DNA of 64,000 bases. Origin: Blastocystis sp. subtype 4 (lineage: Eukaryota). A program made the position numbers and the translations under genes. Location of the stretch: contig NW_014569530.1 in NCBI RefSeq assembly GCF_000743755.1, positions 1 through 64,000 of the forward strand, in the 5' to 3' direction. Under the pieces are notes generated by a model. The model was not told the origin of the DNA. It saw only the letters and a list, made by a program, of their open reading frames with translations, and made no database searches. Positions 60,565 through 64,000 of the stretch are shown here, piece after piece; positions within the stretch are counted from its first letter, which is position 1; every line of letters begins with the position of its first letter.

Positions 60565-63500
60565 ATGGTTCTTTCTGGAAACACAATTGATGTATAGAGA
60601 GGTGATGAAACGAAGAATACACAGAGAAGGAAACGGGAATTGGTTTCAGAGTGAACTATGCAATTTAGAACTAATGAATAGTGAGTCCTCTACTCTATCG
60701 AAACTAGGGAAAACCGATAAAACCACATCAACTGTGAGAACAATAAATGGAAAAGCGATTTCGGGATCGCTACTATCCAAATTGAAGGAACAGATCGCAG
60801 AGAAAGAGAAAGAACGGTATAAGTAATAAATTCCATGTAAAAGCTAGATTAGAATTGAAGGCTGATCGAGAGAAACGAAAAGAAGCGATGCCGGTGAAAC
60901 ATTCAGTGTTCGATTGTATTTATTTGATCATATCTAGTGTTCGCAAAACAGTAACTAAGCCAGTGGATCCATCTTTACAGGAGAGTGCATCAGTCTCTCA
61001 ACGTGATAATGACACCTATATTTCCTTGAAACAGGCTCTACAGAATCGCCTGTATGATGTACTACTTAATTGGAATCTTTTCTGCGATGCGTATTCGTTC
61101 TCATTTTCTTTCACGTAGACAACCTCTTCCGATACTTCCTCCATCATTTCACAATGTTGAAGAGTATATTCGTCTCTATCTTGGCTTTGTTCTTCAAGAA
61201 GTGCAAGCTCAAGCTATTAAAAGTTTAAATCCGTATTATTCGATCATTTGAATTAATTAAAGGAGAAATCGCCGTCGTTGCTCGATCTCGTGGTGTCGTT
61301 ATGATGCTCTCGAGAATGAGTTTTTCCTCTTTTTAGATTCAACTACACCAATTCAAACAGTTATTAACAGTTATTGTATTGTTGTTCCCTATCTTCAACA
61401 AGATGCCGAATCTACCGAATCCGCTGAATTTTCCTTTGAGAATGGTAAACCTTGTTTTCACCTTCCATTCTTTTTCGGAATCATGAATACTCAGGTATAC
61501 GTGCTGATTCTCATTGATGCAACAGACTGGTTCGGCTTCAGCTCCTATTAAAGTACGTGCTGACGTATTTCAACTTGTTTCTCATTTTCCTTCTCTCTTT
61601 ACATCTCTCGATCACAACACACCAGTGTCAGAATGAATTTCTTCATTCATATTTAGTGTATGTTCGCTCTATCCCTTAGTCCAGCTAAGTACTTCACTAC
61701 GTGAATGGGTATCTCTCCTCCTTCTTCACTACTGTGTTTATGAACCCTCAGACTCTCGTTCTCTCACATGGAGTCGTTCTTCTCTTCCTGATGAGATTAT
61801 TGTAACCAATGCACCTCAGTCATCACGATCTCATCGAGATACCAGTCCTTCTCTTGGGTTCATCCAGCAGTTCAACTCCTCTTCTCGATCGAATCCATGC
61901 GAGGCTCTTCAGAACCGTTCTGTGAATGAGGATTTCCTTCAATTTATCTATCCTACTGAATTCGCAGATTATCGTTTGCCTCTCAATCCTCTCCTTGAAG
62001 AGGTTGTGAACATTCGGCCAGGTCTCTATCGATGTGTTTATGCAGGTGAAGATCCTTCCTTTCTCCAAGATATGAATAATAACCCAGACAGTATATATGT
62101 GAATGGCACATCGCCTGGATCTCCTCTCACTGGTCAAATACCATGGTCTTGCTGTTCACCCATCTTCATCACTCATCTCAGAGACACATACAATAGAAGT
62201 CAACTCTTTGCAATCGAATCTGCGCTATACAACACAAAATCACTTCCAGTTTCTCATTTTACACTAATTCAGGGACCTCCAGGAACCGGAAAAACCCGTA
62301 CTCTACTGTTACTACTGAATGTCTTGCAAAACAAACAATTCGATGCCTATTACGAGCAATTACGTTCGTATGTCAATAATATGCTGTTTTCCAGCAAGTC
62401 CACTTTTCTGGCTTCTCTTGATGGACTTAACAAAGCTCGAATTCAAATGAAAGAGAGACTTGTGAAGCCGCGAATCCTTGTTTGCACACCGTCAAATGCT
62501 GCCGTGAATACGATCATTGATGGAATCATGTTTCATGGATTCACTGATAATGCTGGAAAGCGATACAACCCATCGATTCTACGATTGGGATCTGGGACAT
62601 CCCGTGATCACTGGTCTATATCACTAGATTACATTGTGGAAGTAGATTTAATAGGAAAGAATGAGCAGTAGGATTTGAAGAATGAGGAGGCAAAAGAAGC
62701 GAAGAAGGAGTCATTAAAAGAGAACTTACGAGATATCAGTGTACAAATAGATCGTCTCTTTATCACAGTGATGATAGAAACAGAACTTGATATATAGTTG
62801 AAACGTCTTGCAGCCCAATATAGCAATCAAGAATTACAGTTATCCAAAGAGTAAGAATAAATGATTGAGTTGATGATAGGTACTTTAACTGTATTTCTCA
62901 GTTAATTATGCTATTTGAAGAGAAAGATCGTTTGTTATCATTTAGTTTTATTTATAACAGCGATCCTAACAATGTAAAAGACATTCAAGGATATCTCGTC
63001 AATAATTATGATATTATTCTTACTACACTTTCAAGTAGTGGTTTGGCTGCATTTGATTCAGATTATGTGAATCGAAAGTGACATTGATCATGTGCTCTAA
63101 TTCTCTAGTTTTTCGACTCTAGTTATTGATGAAGCGTGTCAAGCAACAGAAGTATCCACATTAATTCCGTTATTGTTGAATCCAGAAAAAGTCGGTATTT
63201 CATTGATGAATGAAATCTAGTGTGTGTTGATTGGAGATCCAAAGCAACTTCCTGCTACGGTTATTAGCGAGAATACTCAGAACAATTACAATCTCAGTCT
63301 GTTCGAGCGTCTGACTAAGAATTTTCATTTTTCCTATCTTCTTAACACTCAGTACAGGTAATTATGGGATCTGTCTGAGACTGCTAGATGTCATCCCAAG
63401 ATCATTGCCTTCCCCAATATATGTTTCTATGAAGGAAAATTACAAAATGGAGAGAATGTCCAAGGAGATTCCTATAGCCATCAGTTTTATGAAAGTGACT

Positions 63501-64000
63501 TTTTCCACGTTTGTGTTTTCCCGCCACTTGATGTTTAGCCAGTTGTTTTTTATAATTTGTGTGGTGAAGGAATTCAGGAACACAAAGATGAATTAACCAA
63601 ATCGTATAGCAATATATACGAAGTTCGGTTTGTACTCAATCTCTATGATGCATTCTTACGGATATATCCACATTACAAGGCTATTTCTGTTGTTGTACTC
63701 ACTCCCTACAATGAGCAAAAGTCTCTCGTATTTTTGTCATTCATCAAATCATCCGTAGTTTGAATCAATGATTGCCTCACATCCCAATGAGATCATTCGT
63801 CGACTGCAAGTATTTACAGTGGATGCTTTCCAGGGCAAAGAAGTGGATATTGTCTTCTATTCGACAGTACGAACTGGAACTGCCTATGGTGTTGGGTTCG
63901 TTTCGGATATTCGTCGAATGAATGTGAGTTTCACTCGTCCTCGATTCGGTCTGTATGTGATTGGCCAAGAAACGAAATTGCGCACAAGCAAGTATTGGAA
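60565..64000 (+). CDS. Sen1/senataxin-Upf1-like superfamily 1 helicase (3' partial)
   Basis: QGPPGTGKT, ILVCTPSNAAV, IDEACQ, IGDPKQLPATV, LNTQYR, TPYNEQ, TVDAFQGKE, RRMNVSFTR. Confidence 0.93.

Noticed and set aside
1..64000. Fragmented ORFs suggesting pseudogenes, frameshifting or a variant genetic code
   Set aside because: Breaks examined are explained by 27-44-nt introns; spliced proteins read correctly in the standard code
1..64000. tRNA, rRNA, CRISPR arrays, transposases or retroelements
   Set aside because: None recognised by eye; tRNAscan-SE and Rfam were not run

Overview
This is a gene-dense, AT-rich eukaryotic window with about 28 protein-coding genes broken by many ~30-nt GT-AG introns and very short intergenic gaps. 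A TGTTTGTT-like element sits 4 nt after many gene 3' ends. Together these point to Blastocystis (inference, not verified by a search). Recognisable genes: membrane-anchored S8 subtilisin, RBM34/Nop12-like, MATH+ankyrin protein, Mei2-like RRM protein, LOG-family protein, GPI, eIF1A, 2-RRM protein, RING E3, SERAC1-like, TSR2, ETF-QO, GRIP golgin, mitochondrial phosphate carrier, Fis1, Serinc, UTP11, USP32-like protease, PEPCK-like pseudoenzyme, a ~10.7-kb fibro-slime/Cys-rich surface protein, scramblase, Coq11-like SDR, U2AF35 and a partial Sen1/Upf1-like helicase. Main observations: (1) five 40-44-nt U12-type introns (four AT-AC, one AT-AG), three of them in the subtilisin and one in a bacterial-type LOG gene; (2) four genes whose stop codon appears to be completed by polyadenylation; (3) convergent gene pairs sharing palindromic or inverted 3'-end elements; (4) palindromes in divergent promoters. 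All gene models were spliced by eye, so some ends are approximate.
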